Below, in pieces: positions 46,322 through 55,760 of a DNA stretch of 64,000 nt. Source of the stretch: Patescibacteria group bacterium (lineage in GTDB: Bacteria; Patescibacteriota; Microgenomatia; UBA1400; PJMF01). The notes beneath the pieces are model-generated. The model did no database searches. It saw nothing but the letters and a program-made list of their open reading frames with translations, and was not told where the DNA came from. The stretch is taken from NCBI GenBank assembly GCA_016861205.1, contig BOKX01000001.1, positions 988,758 to 1,052,757 on the forward strand, in the 5' to 3' direction. Each line of letters opens with the position of its first letter. Positions within the stretch are counted from its first letter, which is position 1. The translations under genes were made by a program, and so were the position numbers.

Positions 46322-46906
46322 ATGAAAATTGGTTTATTCGGAGCTGCTTTTGATCCACCACATCTTGGTCATCAACATTTGATTGCTGAGTTATTGAAAG
46401 CCAACCTGGTTGATCAGGTATGGGTTGTGCCTGTCAAAAGTCACCCCTTTGCCAAACCTCTTAGCCCAGTCGAACACCGCTTGGCTATGGTGAAGCTGAT
46501 GCTCGCTGCTTTGCAGACAGAGGGCTGGGGCCCTGAGCAAGTACGTCTTGAGACGTATGAACTGGATCAACCCGGGGTAAGTTACTCGTACCAAACACTA
46601 CAGTACTTTGCAGGCGCTTATCCAGACCACACCTTTAGCTGGATCATAGGGGCTGATAACGTAGCCAATTTTGCCAAGTGGCATCACTACCAAGAATTAC
46701 TCGCTCAACATCAGGTGTTAATCTACCCACGACCAGGTTACAGCATGGAACCACTCTTGCCAGGCATGGTGCCACTGGACGCAGTGACGCCCATGGCGGC
46801 CTCATCAACAGAGGCTCGAAAAGTACTGGCTGAAGCAGCTAGCGACACGACGAAGCTTGTATTACCAGAGGTTGCCCAGTATAGTAAGCAGCATCAGCTC
46901 TATTGA
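46322..46906 (+). CDS. nadD: Nicotinate-nucleotide adenylyltransferase
   Basis: GAAFDPPHLGH, IIGADN, ASSTEAR. Confidence 0.92.
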   Translation: MKIGLFGAAFDPPHLGHQHLIAELLKANLVDQVWVVPVKSHPFAKPLSPVEHRLAMVKLMLAALQTEGWGPEQVRLETYELDQPGVSYSYQTLQYFAGAYPDHTFSWIIGADNVANFAKWHHYQELLAQHQVLIYPRPGYSMEPLLPGMVPLDAVTPMAASSTEARKVLAEAASDTTKLVLPEVAQYSKQHQLY

Positions 46907-46909
46907 GAC

Positions 46910-47722
46910 ATGGCACCCTTTATGACCCTTCACCTTTCCAGTCCCGATCAAACCCTCAACGCTTTAGTTGAGTTTATTCGCCACACTTTTGACACCCAAA
47001 AAAAACAGCTTGCAGTGGTTGCTGTTTCTGGTGGCATCGACTCAGCTCTAGCTCTGACCCTAGTGACGCGCGCGTTGGGTACAGCTCGAGTTCGACCACT
47101 TTTTTTGCCATACCAAAATCAGAGCACTGCCGATGCCGAGTTGATTTGCACTTGGAATCAAATACCGACGAGCCAATGGCAAGTGACTAACATTGAACCG
47201 ATCGTTCGCGCAGCGGCTGGCGCAGTTGGACTTGATCTGGAAGCCGGCGACGGACAGCCGATAGCCATGGAGCAAGTTAGGGTTGGCAACCTGATGGCTC
47301 GTGCCCGAATGATGGTGGTTTTTGACGTGGCCAAAAAATGGGATGCCCTGGTTTGCGGCACTGAAAACAAGTCAGAGCATTACTTGGGTTACTTCACTCG
47401 GTTTGGTGATGCAGCCTCAGATTTAGAACCCATTAGCACCCTCTACAAGACGCAGGTTCGCCAGTTAGCGACACATCTTGGTTTACCGGAGCAGTTGATC
47501 ACGAAACCGCCCTCAGCTGGTTTGTGGCAGCATCAAACAGATGAAGACGAGTTGGGTTTCACTTATGAACAAGCTGATCAGGTTTTGCAACAAGTGATCG
47601 ATGAAGGGACGCTGTCAGCTCCCAAGGTGGTGCCGGGCATAGATCCCGACATCCAAGCCAAAGTGATTGGCCAAGTTAAGTCATCTGCTTTTAAGCGGGT
47701 GGTGCCGTATGTGCTAGAGTAA
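46910..47722 (+). CDS. nadE: NH3-dependent NAD+ synthetase
   Basis: SGGIDSA, GNLMARARM, GYFTRFGD, PPSAGLW..QTDEDELG. Confidence 0.95.
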   Translation: MAPFMTLHLSSPDQTLNALVEFIRHTFDTQKKQLAVVAVSGGIDSALALTLVTRALGTARVRPLFLPYQNQSTADAELICTWNQIPTSQWQVTNIEPIVRAAAGAVGLDLEAGDGQPIAMEQVRVGNLMARARMMVVFDVAKKWDALVCGTENKSEHYLGYFTRFGDAASDLEPISTLYKTQVRQLATHLGLPEQLITKPPSAGLWQHQTDEDELGFTYEQADQVLQQVIDEGTLSAPKVVPGIDPDIQAKVIGQVKSSAFKRVVPYVLE

Positions 47723-47747
47723 AGCAAGAGAGTACGAAGAAAGTTCC

Positions 47748-48365
47748 ATGACACCCGCACCGTTGCACTCACAAATCGTGACCGAGTTTACCGAGCTTGC
47801 ACCACTGGTGGAGCGTTTTCGCCAAGCAGGCCAGCGCATTGTGCTGACCCAAGGCGTTTTTGACCTGGTTCATATTGGTCATGCCCGCTATTGCCAAGTC
47901 GCAAAGCAGTTTGGTGATGTACTGATTGTGGGCGTGGACAGTGATGAGAAAGTGCGCACTCGCAAAGGGCCGGACCGACCGGTCGTTCCCCAAGCAGAAC
48001 GGATGGAGATGGTGGCTCATCTGGCGGCAGTTGATGTGGTAGTGCTCAAACAGCTAGACGAGCCAAAGTGGAAACTAATCAAGACGGTCAAACCGGATGT
48101 CTTAGTGGCGACCCAGGATACCTACACACCTGAGCAAGTGGCGGAGTTGCAGAAAATCTGTGGTCGAGTGGTGGTGTTGGAGCCCATGGCCACCACCAGT
48201 ACCAGTGCTAAGTTGCGCCGTCTGCAGATCGGCGCTGCCCAAAAAATTTCTGATCAACTGAGTCAAAAACTGATTGAAACCATCGAAAATGTGTTAGCCG
48301 AGTTGAAAGGGGAACGACCACATGTCCGCAAGACCCGCCGACCGCGCGCCAAAGCCAAACGGTAA
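47748..48365 (+). CDS. Cytidylyl/adenylyltransferase family protein (RfaE-like)
   Basis: TQGVFDLVHIGH, VGVDSD, KGPDRP, TSTS. Confidence 0.9.
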   Translation: MTPAPLHSQIVTEFTELAPLVERFRQAGQRIVLTQGVFDLVHIGHARYCQVAKQFGDVLIVGVDSDEKVRTRKGPDRPVVPQAERMEMVAHLAAVDVVVLKQLDEPKWKLIKTVKPDVLVATQDTYTPEQVAELQKICGRVVVLEPMATTSTSAKLRRLQIGAAQKISDQLSQKLIETIENVLAELKGERPHVRKTRRPRAKAKR

Positions 48366-49206
48366 AACTATCTTGATTGCGTACGTGCCGGTGGTTCACA
48401 CGGGGTACTTAGAGTGGTTTGCCCGGTTTCCTGAGGTTACGGAACTGTGGCTGTTGGGCCGGGAGTTGATTCCCGAGTACAGAGCGTTACTCAAAGATCT
48501 GCGGGCCATCGAACCAACTGCCATGGTGTCTCTGTTACACAGTTTACAACGCTTTTCGAACATCCAAGTGGCCACGCCGGCAGACTTAACCCAACTGGCT
48601 GCCAGTGGGTATCATGTGATTGCCCCAGACGAGGATATTTCCAGACAAGTTATCTTGCAGTACTTCTCGCCCGACCAAGTCACGTTTGACACGGTTTTCT
48701 TGCGCTGGGAAGCAGTGCGAACCACGGTCGCTCACGAATTAGAACCAGACGTTGAGGTGTCCGAAGCCGAGTTTGATCGCCAGATGATGCAGGCGGCGCG
48801 CGATGCCGCTCAGCACAGCTCAGACTGGTGGCGACAAGTAGGTGCGGCTTTGGTGATTGGTGAAGAGCTGAAGCTGGTGGTGCGTAATCGTCACTTGCCT
48901 CAGGACCTGCAGCACTACAGCGATGGCGATCCGCGGGCTCTGTTCCAAAGCGGCGAACAGATTGAGTTCACAAGTTCCATTCATGCCGAGGCGGAGTTGA
49001 TTGCTCAAGTAGCCAAACAAGGTCTCAAAATTGAGGGAGCGAGTGTGTACTGTACCACTTTTCCTTGTCCGGTTTGTGCCAAGTTGCTGGCTCGGGCGGG
49101 GATAGCCAAACTGTACTACAGTGATGGCTATAGCTTGCTGGATGGTGAAAATGTGCTCAAGAATGCCGGGGTGCAAGTAGTGAAAGTAGTTAGCACTCCA
49201 AAGTAG
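48322..49206 (+). CDS. dCMP deaminase family protein with N-terminal nucleotidyltransferase-like domain
   Basis: AYVPVVHTGY; SSDWWRQVGA, HAE, TTFPCPVCAK. Confidence 0.88.
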   Translation: MSARPADRAPKPNGKTILIAYVPVVHTGYLEWFARFPEVTELWLLGRELIPEYRALLKDLRAIEPTAMVSLLHSLQRFSNIQVATPADLTQLAASGYHVIAPDEDISRQVILQYFSPDQVTFDTVFLRWEAVRTTVAHELEPDVEVSEAEFDRQMMQAARDAAQHSSDWWRQVGAALVIGEELKLVVRNRHLPQDLQHYSDGDPRALFQSGEQIEFTSSIHAEAELIAQVAKQGLKIEGASVYCTTFPCPVCAKLLARAGIAKLYYSDGYSLLDGENVLKNAGVQVVKVVSTPK

Positions 49207-49235
49207 GTGCGCAACTCGCCAACCAAGCCGGGGAT

Positions 49236-49700
49236 TTACTTCCGATTTTTGCCAAGTTTGACGCGGACCGGTTCAAAATCAGGGTCAGTGATTTCTGGCA
49301 CAATGAGTTGAGCGTGCAGGTGTGCCACTGTCCCAGCCGAAAACTGAGTGTCACCAAACCGCAGCGACAAGCCACCGCCGGGGAGGTCATAGCGCTCAGC
49401 CACTTGCCGAAGTAACTCAAACAACTCACCACCCATCTCAGTTGTTACCTCAGAGATGTGGGTAAGGTGCGCTTTGGAAATAATCATGAATTGGTGCCGA
49501 GTATGTTTGTATGGCCATTGGTTGGTAGTGACGAGCCAGTGTTTTCCCTCAAGCAAAGTGGGCTGATGATGATACTTGGCCAGATTCTCCAAGCAAAACG
49601 GGCACTCGCCGGCGGCCACAATCTCGGTCATGACCGCGTGTTGCTCGGGCAAGCGAGTGTTATCGATATCGACGAGTTGTGTGGATTTGGTTGGTGACAT
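49236..49700 (-). CDS. HIT family protein (HxHxQ type)
   Basis: CPFC, NQWPY, AGTVAHLHAQLI. Confidence 0.88.
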   Translation of the reverse strand: MSPTKSTQLVDIDNTRLPEQHAVMTEIVAAGECPFCLENLAKYHHQPTLLEGKHWLVTTNQWPYKHTRHQFMIISKAHLTHISEVTTEMGGELFELLRQVAERYDLPGGGLSLRFGDTQFSAGTVAHLHAQLIVPEITDPDFEPVRVKLGKNRK

Positions 49701-49706
49701 GTTGGT

Positions 49707-50675
49707 TTAGATCGCCACGGGAATGGCGCGAATTCCTGGGTGTGGGTGATAGTCATGGAGCTCAAAATCATCGTAGCGAAAGGCGAACAAATCTTTTTTG
49801 GTCGGATCTTTGATGGTGACGGTGGGCAGCGGTCGCGGCTCGCGGCTGAGCATGGTTTGAACAGCTTCCACTTGGTCTACATAAATGTGGGCATCTGAGA
49901 AACTGTGAATGTACTCATCTGGTTCGAGTCCGGTTACCTGGGCGATCATCAACAGTAAGGCAGCATACTGGACCATGTTGGCTGGTACCCCTACCGGCAC
50001 ATCAGCCGAGCGTTGCATCATGTGGAGGGTCAGTTTGCCATCCAGCACGCGCAAGTGAATCCAGCCGTGGCAGGGAGCCACGACCACTTTTTGCTGTTTG
50101 CCCGTGCCGCGAATGGTGTACTGCGGAATCCAAGGGGTGATGTAGTGAGTTCGCAGGTGGGGGAACTCTTTAATCTGTTCAACGATGTTTTGAAATTGGT
50201 TGTAGGTGGGACCTTCGGTGGTGGGGAAGTCGTGGAAGGCGGCCCCATACGAGCCTGGACCCAGGTCGCCAGTCTCCAAACCCCGTTTGCGACACTTGGC
50301 TTCCGTGCCCCAAGGCGCCCACCAGTAGCAGCCAAAATTTTCCAGCTGTTCCAAAGTGCGCGCGCCGTTGATAAAACCACAAATCTCACCAATGGCTTGA
50401 TGCCAAATAGTCACGGGCAACCGCTCAGAGGTGGCGGGACTCATGTTGCGCTCGGTAATCATCGGGAATGCTTCACGGACCTTAAATCGCATTGGAGGTG
50501 GCGCCATCAGCGTAATCGCATCAGTTTCTTGTTGAGTCTGGGTTCGGTGACCATAGTCCAAGATAGTTTGCAGCACTTGTCGGTACTGGCCTTCGGGAGC
50601 GGTGTCAAAGTTGGCGTACCCGCTGGGCGAAGTTGTTTTAGTAGTGGGTTGGGTGGTTTTGTCGGAGTGGATCAT
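49707..50675 (-). CDS. thyA: Thymidylate synthase
   Basis: DLGPGSYG, APCH, QRSADVPVGVPAN, DAHIY. Confidence 0.93.
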   Translation of the reverse strand: MIHSDKTTQPTTKTTSPSGYANFDTAPEGQYRQVLQTILDYGHRTQTQQETDAITLMAPPPMRFKVREAFPMITERNMSPATSERLPVTIWHQAIGEICGFINGARTLEQLENFGCYWWAPWGTEAKCRKRGLETGDLGPGSYGAAFHDFPTTEGPTYNQFQNIVEQIKEFPHLRTHYITPWIPQYTIRGTGKQQKVVVAPCHGWIHLRVLDGKLTLHMMQRSADVPVGVPANMVQYAALLLMIAQVTGLEPDEYIHSFSDAHIYVDQVEAVQTMLSREPRPLPTVTIKDPTKKDLFAFRYDDFELHDYHPHPGIRAIPVAI

Positions 50676-50722
50676 AAGCGTTCTAGTGTTATCTCGGTTC
50701 TCATGCTACTCTAACAACCGAC

Positions 50723-51151
50723 ATGTCACAAGTCAAAATCAAACAGTTCGACCCAAGTTTGCCATTTCCGGCGTATCAGTCACCTCGAGCAGCGGCGTTT
50801 GACTTGGTAGCGCGAGTCTCAGTTGAGATTAAACCTGGCCAGGTCGAACGAGTGCCATTGAATGTAGCTATTCAAGTCCCACCCAACCACTGGGTGCTCT
50901 TGGCAGCCCGCAGTTCACTCTACAAAAAGGGCCTGACTATGATCAACGGGATTGGGATTGGCGATGAAGATTTTGCGGGTAACGATGACGAGTACCAGGC
51001 AGCTTTGCAAAACTTTACAACTGAACCGGTGACGGTTCAAAAAGGCGACAGAATTGCCCAAGCCATTATTTTACCTCGAGAACAAATGGAGCTAGTGGCT
51101 GTGTCACAGCTTGACCAACCCAATCGAGGTGGGTTTGGGAGCACGGGGTGA
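50723..51151 (+). CDS. dut: dUTP diphosphatase
   Basis: AAAFDL, ARSS, GIGDEDF, DRIAQ, RGGFGSTG. Confidence 0.95.
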   Translation: MSQVKIKQFDPSLPFPAYQSPRAAAFDLVARVSVEIKPGQVERVPLNVAIQVPPNHWVLLAARSSLYKKGLTMINGIGIGDEDFAGNDDEYQAALQNFTTEPVTVQKGDRIAQAIILPREQMELVAVSQLDQPNRGGFGSTG

Positions 51152-51675
51152 GTATGAACTGTTTTTTAATTGCCGCGGTGACGGCTGATGGCTTTATCGC
51201 TCGACATCCTGACGATCGGTCGTTTGACTGGACCAGCTTGGAAGACAAAAAGTTTTATGTGGACATGATTAAGCAGGCGGGGACCGTGGTGATGGGTCGC
51301 CAGACTTTTGGCACATTCACTCGCTACCCCAAAGGGCTGCAGTTTGTGATTTATACGCGCGAGCCAGCTAGTTTCCAAAACCCGAAGCCCGAGGTGATTG
51401 ACGCTTGGGCCACCCAACAAAGTCCAGCCGAACTGTTGGCCGACCTAGCCAAAAAAGGTTGTACAAATGTGGCTATTTGTGGCGGATCATCAATCTATAC
51501 TATGTTTATGAAAAGTGGACTGGTAACCAAGTTGTACCTGACCGTAGAGCCAGTTCTGTTCGGGCAGGGAGTAAGCTTATTTTCAGACAGTTTGGATCAG
51601 AACTTACAGTTGGTAGAGGTGAAAAAACTCTCCGACCAGACCATCGTCTTAGAGTACGATGTGCTGAAAGCTTAG
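51148..51675 (+). CDS. folA: Dihydrofolate reductase / RibD-C family protein
   Basis: AVTADGFIA, VVMGRQTF, ICGGSSIY, LYLTVEPVLFGQG; sits in thyA cluster. Confidence 0.8.
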   Translation: MSMNCFLIAAVTADGFIARHPDDRSFDWTSLEDKKFYVDMIKQAGTVVMGRQTFGTFTRYPKGLQFVIYTREPASFQNPKPEVIDAWATQQSPAELLADLAKKGCTNVAICGGSSIYTMFMKSGLVTKLYLTVEPVLFGQGVSLFSDSLDQNLQLVEVKKLSDQTIVLEYDVLKA

Positions 51676-51698
51676 CGACAGAGACGGCTACTAGCGAG

Positions 51699-52343
51699 TT
51701 ACCGACTGCTGGAAGATTTGCGCCAGTCGCCGGTGGTGAATCGGTTTTTGCCTTTGACGTGCCAGTCGTTGGGATTGGACTCTTGAATGGCGTAAAAGAA
51801 CTCGCGGGCGGTTTCAGTGTACAGTTTGGTTTGGGCCACGTATTGGCGGCCGTCAAACGTGTCTTCGCCGAGACGAACTCCTCGGAACTCTTGTTCCTTC
51901 AACTCCAAGTCCACGTCCAGGGTGTCTGCGTCTTTGACGATCTTGGCTTCGATGGAGTCGCGTTCTTCATACTCTTTCCAGATAGCCATGAACTCCTCAC
52001 GCACAGCTGTTTCATGGAGAGTATCTTCCAAAGCTTCTTCTTCAAATCGTTCCACGTATTGGCGCGAGATATAGTGGGAGTCAACTGAGCGACTTTCTGA
52101 CAAGTCATGAATGAGTGCCATCTTGATGATTTTTTCAGTATTTTTAACCCCTTCATACCGGGCCAAAACTAAAGAAATCCAGATCACACGCAGAATGTGC
52201 TCACTCAAATTTTGAAAATCAGGATTCAAAAATTGTTTCCAAGTCCGCTGAATATGCCGCAAGCAGCCGATTTCGTACAAGAACTCGAGGTCACGAGCCA
52301 TGTCAAAGTCGGGAAGTGAAGGGGCAGAAGTTGTACTCATCAT
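51699..52343 (-). CDS. HD-domain phosphohydrolase (5'-deoxynucleotidase-like)
   Basis: SEH..R, ALIHD, EAKIVKDADTLD. Confidence 0.9.
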   Translation of the reverse strand: MMSTTSAPSLPDFDMARDLEFLYEIGCLRHIQRTWKQFLNPDFQNLSEHILRVIWISLVLARYEGVKNTEKIIKMALIHDLSESRSVDSHYISRQYVERFEEEALEDTLHETAVREEFMAIWKEYEERDSIEAKIVKDADTLDVDLELKEQEFRGVRLGEDTFDGRQYVAQTKLYTETAREFFYAIQESNPNDWHVKGKNRFTTGDWRKSSSSR

Positions 52344-52528
52344 AACTATATTATACTGCTACAGCCATTTTAAAGCCAGTTGGCCCGCGAAAACACCACA
52401 TCTTGTTGAGCCTATAGTTGCCAACCACAACATCTGGGGTTCTGAGCTAGTTTGTCATATTGCAGGCGAGTCCAATTCTGCGTAACCTGTCACCTTATAG
52501 CCAACAGATAAATAAAAGATGTGTAAGT

Positions 52529-54121
52529 ATGGTTGCCGTTAAAGAAGTAAAACCACCAGTTTATGAAGGTTCAGGGTTAAAACTCATCAACCCCCTAGAC
52601 TTAACCGACGCAGGAGGCGTGTCGCCAAAATCACATCATGTTGAGATTAAACCCCGAGACCTAAAGTTTAGGCCAGATGGATTTCTTGATTTGCCAGATC
52701 ATAATGATCGAGAATTCTGGGGGGACTATCCACCCAGTTTTATTTTAATCACCTCGGGTAGCTATCGCAAAACGTTGATGTTGCTGTTGTTGCATCATGG
52801 CTTAACTTTTCCAGCTATGACCGAGAGACAGCAGAAAATCAATCGCGATCGAGCGCCTGTAAAACGGCGCAAATCTAAATCACGCTACGTACCTGAGAAT
52901 CGAACAGCCGCAGAATCACCAGATAGCTACGCCCAGTATATCTCTCGGTACATTTCCAACGGTAACAGTGAACGCAAGCAAGGCATGCAGTTGCTGGGAT
53001 ACTTGCACGGGGTACCAATTTTATCGGCTCCCCAGATCGGTGAGACAGATAAAAACGACGACCCAGTCCGGGAAGCCAATAACAAGATCTGGTTTTGGAA
53101 AGAAGTCCTGGAGGGGCAGAACGGGATTCTGATTTCAACCGATACTGTTGACGGCCCAGATAGCACGTATGAAAAGCTAGGGAAACCGGCTAACCGCATT
53201 GATTACCCTCGGTCAGATAGTCTTGATGAAGAGGAGTACGCAAAAATTTTGGATCACTACCAATACTGGTTCTTTGATGTTCGCCATGAACATACGGCGG
53301 ATTACTTGTTAGCTATGCCGAAAGTAACTGGTTTCCGCGATGAGGAAGAACTCAAGATCGCTCGGGAGGCTTACCTGCGGTTATACCTAGCGCGTTTTTA
53401 TCCTCCAGGTACCGAGATCGAGCACACAAATGGCTTGGCCATCTATGACACGTTGGTATCTGGTCGAGTTCTTCAGGATACCCATCTGGATTTTTTTGCT
53501 GACACGGAAAGTGGCCGAGTATGGGGTGATTGGCAGATTACCCAAATGTTTTTCAAAATATTGGAAAGTCACAACTTAAAACCTGACCCTGAATCTGGTG
53601 GTGGCGGCATGAGCCAGCAGACAGTGGACTTTGAACAAGGCAAGATCTACGAAGAGCTACTCGCTTGGGCAGCGACTCTTGATCCGGAAAATGCAGCTTT
53701 AGCTCAGAGCTTGGTCCAAGCAGCAGAATCTGGATTGACAGTGGCCTATGATTACTACCTGAGTCTTGGTGACACGATTGCTCAGGAGGCTTGGAAAGAC
53801 CTATCGCTCAATCAACTGCGCTGGGCAGTGTACTGTCAGATCGCTGGGATGCCATGGGCAGTGTTTGTAAACGCGTTAGGACATCTTAAGTACAGTGCGC
53901 AGCGGGCCGAGGTGGTCGAACAGCTGAAGCGAGAGGCATTAGATCGTGAAATAACTATTCGAGCCGCACGTGCTGGCGAAGTTGATCAAGAAGTATCTCA
54001 CGCCAACACACCAGGGCTACTATTCGGAAAAAAATTACTGTCTCCGCCTCAAATTCCCAAACGACCACAACCAGTCCCAATCCCAGCTGATGTGGCATCG
54101 TTAGCAGCCGTCGGTGACTAA
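52529..54121 (+). CDS. Large Maf-like nucleotide pyrophosphatase-fold protein
   Basis: ILITSGSYRK, NKI, LISTDTV...KLGKP, HTNGLAI, GGG, QIAGMPW, all collinear with Maf motifs but separated by large insertions. Confidence 0.6.
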   Translation: MVAVKEVKPPVYEGSGLKLINPLDLTDAGGVSPKSHHVEIKPRDLKFRPDGFLDLPDHNDREFWGDYPPSFILITSGSYRKTLMLLLLHHGLTFPAMTERQQKINRDRAPVKRRKSKSRYVPENRTAAESPDSYAQYISRYISNGNSERKQGMQLLGYLHGVPILSAPQIGETDKNDDPVREANNKIWFWKEVLEGQNGILISTDTVDGPDSTYEKLGKPANRIDYPRSDSLDEEEYAKILDHYQYWFFDVRHEHTADYLLAMPKVTGFRDEEELKIAREAYLRLYLARFYPPGTEIEHTNGLAIYDTLVSGRVLQDTHLDFFADTESGRVWGDWQITQMFFKILESHNLKPDPESGGGGMSQQTVDFEQGKIYEELLAWAATLDPENAALAQSLVQAAESGLTVAYDYYLSLGDTIAQEAWKDLSLNQLRWAVYCQIAGMPWAVFVNALGHLKYSAQRAEVVEQLKREALDREITIRAARAGEVDQEVSHANTPGLLFGKKLLSPPQIPKRPQPVPIPADVASLAAVGD

Positions 54122-54220
54122 GAGACAAAAAGTAGTCTTGACCTCAATGGGGGGTTTGCTATGCTCAAGTTTGCTTGCCCGGCTTATTTAGATACGTTTG
54201 TTTTCTGAACCGAGGCATCT

Positions 54221-54994
54221 ATGGCTCTGCAACCTGACTACCTTCGCCACTCTACACCCACCAACCTTGCCCAGCCTGATGTCCTACCCACCGGTTTTTA
54301 CGCCGCCGTGGTTGGCCCCACTGGTAGTGGCAAAAGCCAACTCATCAATGTTCTGGAAGCGGGTGGGTATCCAGTCAAGCGTGAGGTGCCGCCCGCCGAA
54401 AATCCTTACTTAGCTGATTTTTATGACCAAATGGCCACTCGAAAACCAGACCAATCATTGGAAGTAGCCCTGCTGTCGCAGTTGTGTTTCTTAGAAGCCT
54501 CGCTTGCACAAAGTGCGCAGATCAAAGACCGAGTAGCGCATGGTGAAACAGTGTTCCATGAAATGCCTTGGTATGGCCACGAGATGTATGCGTATTTGCT
54601 CTGGCAAAGTGGAGTTCTGGATGACGAGATGTGGAATTTGTACCGGGCAACCGTCGCACAGCAGTTGCCAAACCTCATAGTGCCTGAAGTGACCCTTGTG
54701 GTGGTGCCACCGACGATTGAGCATCTACATGGCCAAATTCTGGGGCGCGCCAGGGAGGATGAATCAAGACAGAAAGAAGCCCAGGTCGATGTGCGTTACT
54801 GGGCATCACAATTGAGATATTGGCAAGCTAAGTTGATTCAGAACCAACGCCCATACGGCTCACCACTTTATCCGATGCGACCAGATAAACACAACTGGCT
54901 CACTGAGGCAGGTGCACACTCGGCATTGGCTGAGTGTCGGCAGGTGTTGATGGGAATTGGCCGGTCAAAATCAACCGGTCGACACTGGCAGTAG
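54221..54994 (+). CDS. Deoxynucleoside kinase-like protein
   Basis: GPTGSGKS, E....NPYLADFY, SQLCFL, ILGRARE.E. Confidence 0.78.
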   Translation: MALQPDYLRHSTPTNLAQPDVLPTGFYAAVVGPTGSGKSQLINVLEAGGYPVKREVPPAENPYLADFYDQMATRKPDQSLEVALLSQLCFLEASLAQSAQIKDRVAHGETVFHEMPWYGHEMYAYLLWQSGVLDDEMWNLYRATVAQQLPNLIVPEVTLVVVPPTIEHLHGQILGRAREDESRQKEAQVDVRYWASQLRYWQAKLIQNQRPYGSPLYPMRPDKHNWLTEAGAHSALAECRQVLMGIGRSKSTGRHWQ

Positions 54995-55054
54995 GTTTAC
55001 GAAGCTTTAAAAAAGTAGTGTAAGATGAAATCAACAATTCATCGGAAAGTTGTC

Positions 55055-55684
55055 ATGGCAAAAAAAGGACTGTTAATTACATTCGAAGGTGGTGAGGGCT
55101 GCGGCAAAAGTACCCAGATTGTGCAGTTGCGTGATGTTCTGACCAAAGCCGGTCAAGATGTGGTGGTGCTGCGTGAGCCAGGTGGGACGGTGATTTCAGA
55201 GCAAATTCGCGAAGTTGTGTTATCGAGCAAAAATATTGGTATTGCGTTTACTACCGAAGTATTGCTGTTTCAAGCTGCTCGGGCCCAGATTTATCGAGAA
55301 ATTGTGCTGCCTTCACTCGAGGCTGGCAAAGTGGTGCTGATGGACCGATCACGCGACAGTTCGGTGGTGTATCAGGGTAAGGTGCGTGGTTTTGGTGTAG
55401 AGCTCATTGAACAGCTGAACAACTTGTCGACCAAAGACACTTTTCCTGATCTGACCATTTTGCTTGATGTTCCTGTGGAAATTGGCTTGAGCCGTCGTAG
55501 CAAAACTGGCAAGATGGATCGTCTTGACATGGAAGCCCAAGACTTTCATCAAAAAGTTCGAGATGCTTACCTGGCATTGGCCAAAGCCAATGACCGGAAA
55601 CGTTGGCTGGTGATCGATGCTACGCTGAGTATTGAAGCAGTCGCAGAAGCAGTGACCAAGGCCGTCCTCAAGCACATTAAGTGA
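55055..55684 (+). CDS. tmk: Thymidylate kinase
   Basis: TFEGGEGCGKSTQ, REPGGT, AARAQ, DRSRDSS..YQG, PDLTILLD. Confidence 0.96.
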   Translation: MAKKGLLITFEGGEGCGKSTQIVQLRDVLTKAGQDVVVLREPGGTVISEQIREVVLSSKNIGIAFTTEVLLFQAARAQIYREIVLPSLEAGKVVLMDRSRDSSVVYQGKVRGFGVELIEQLNNLSTKDTFPDLTILLDVPVEIGLSRRSKTGKMDRLDMEAQDFHQKVRDAYLALAKANDRKRWLVIDATLSIEAVAEAVTKAVLKHIK

Positions 55685-55760
55685 GGGCAGCGTATAAACC
55701 AAAAAATAGCTCGTCTGGTCGACACAATTTGACCTGATGTGGTAAGCTGAGAACACGTCT

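Noticed and set aside
50013-52088. Long antisense ORFs (50013..50714, 51405..52088)
   Set aside because: Shadow frames of thyA and the HD gene, with no motifs.
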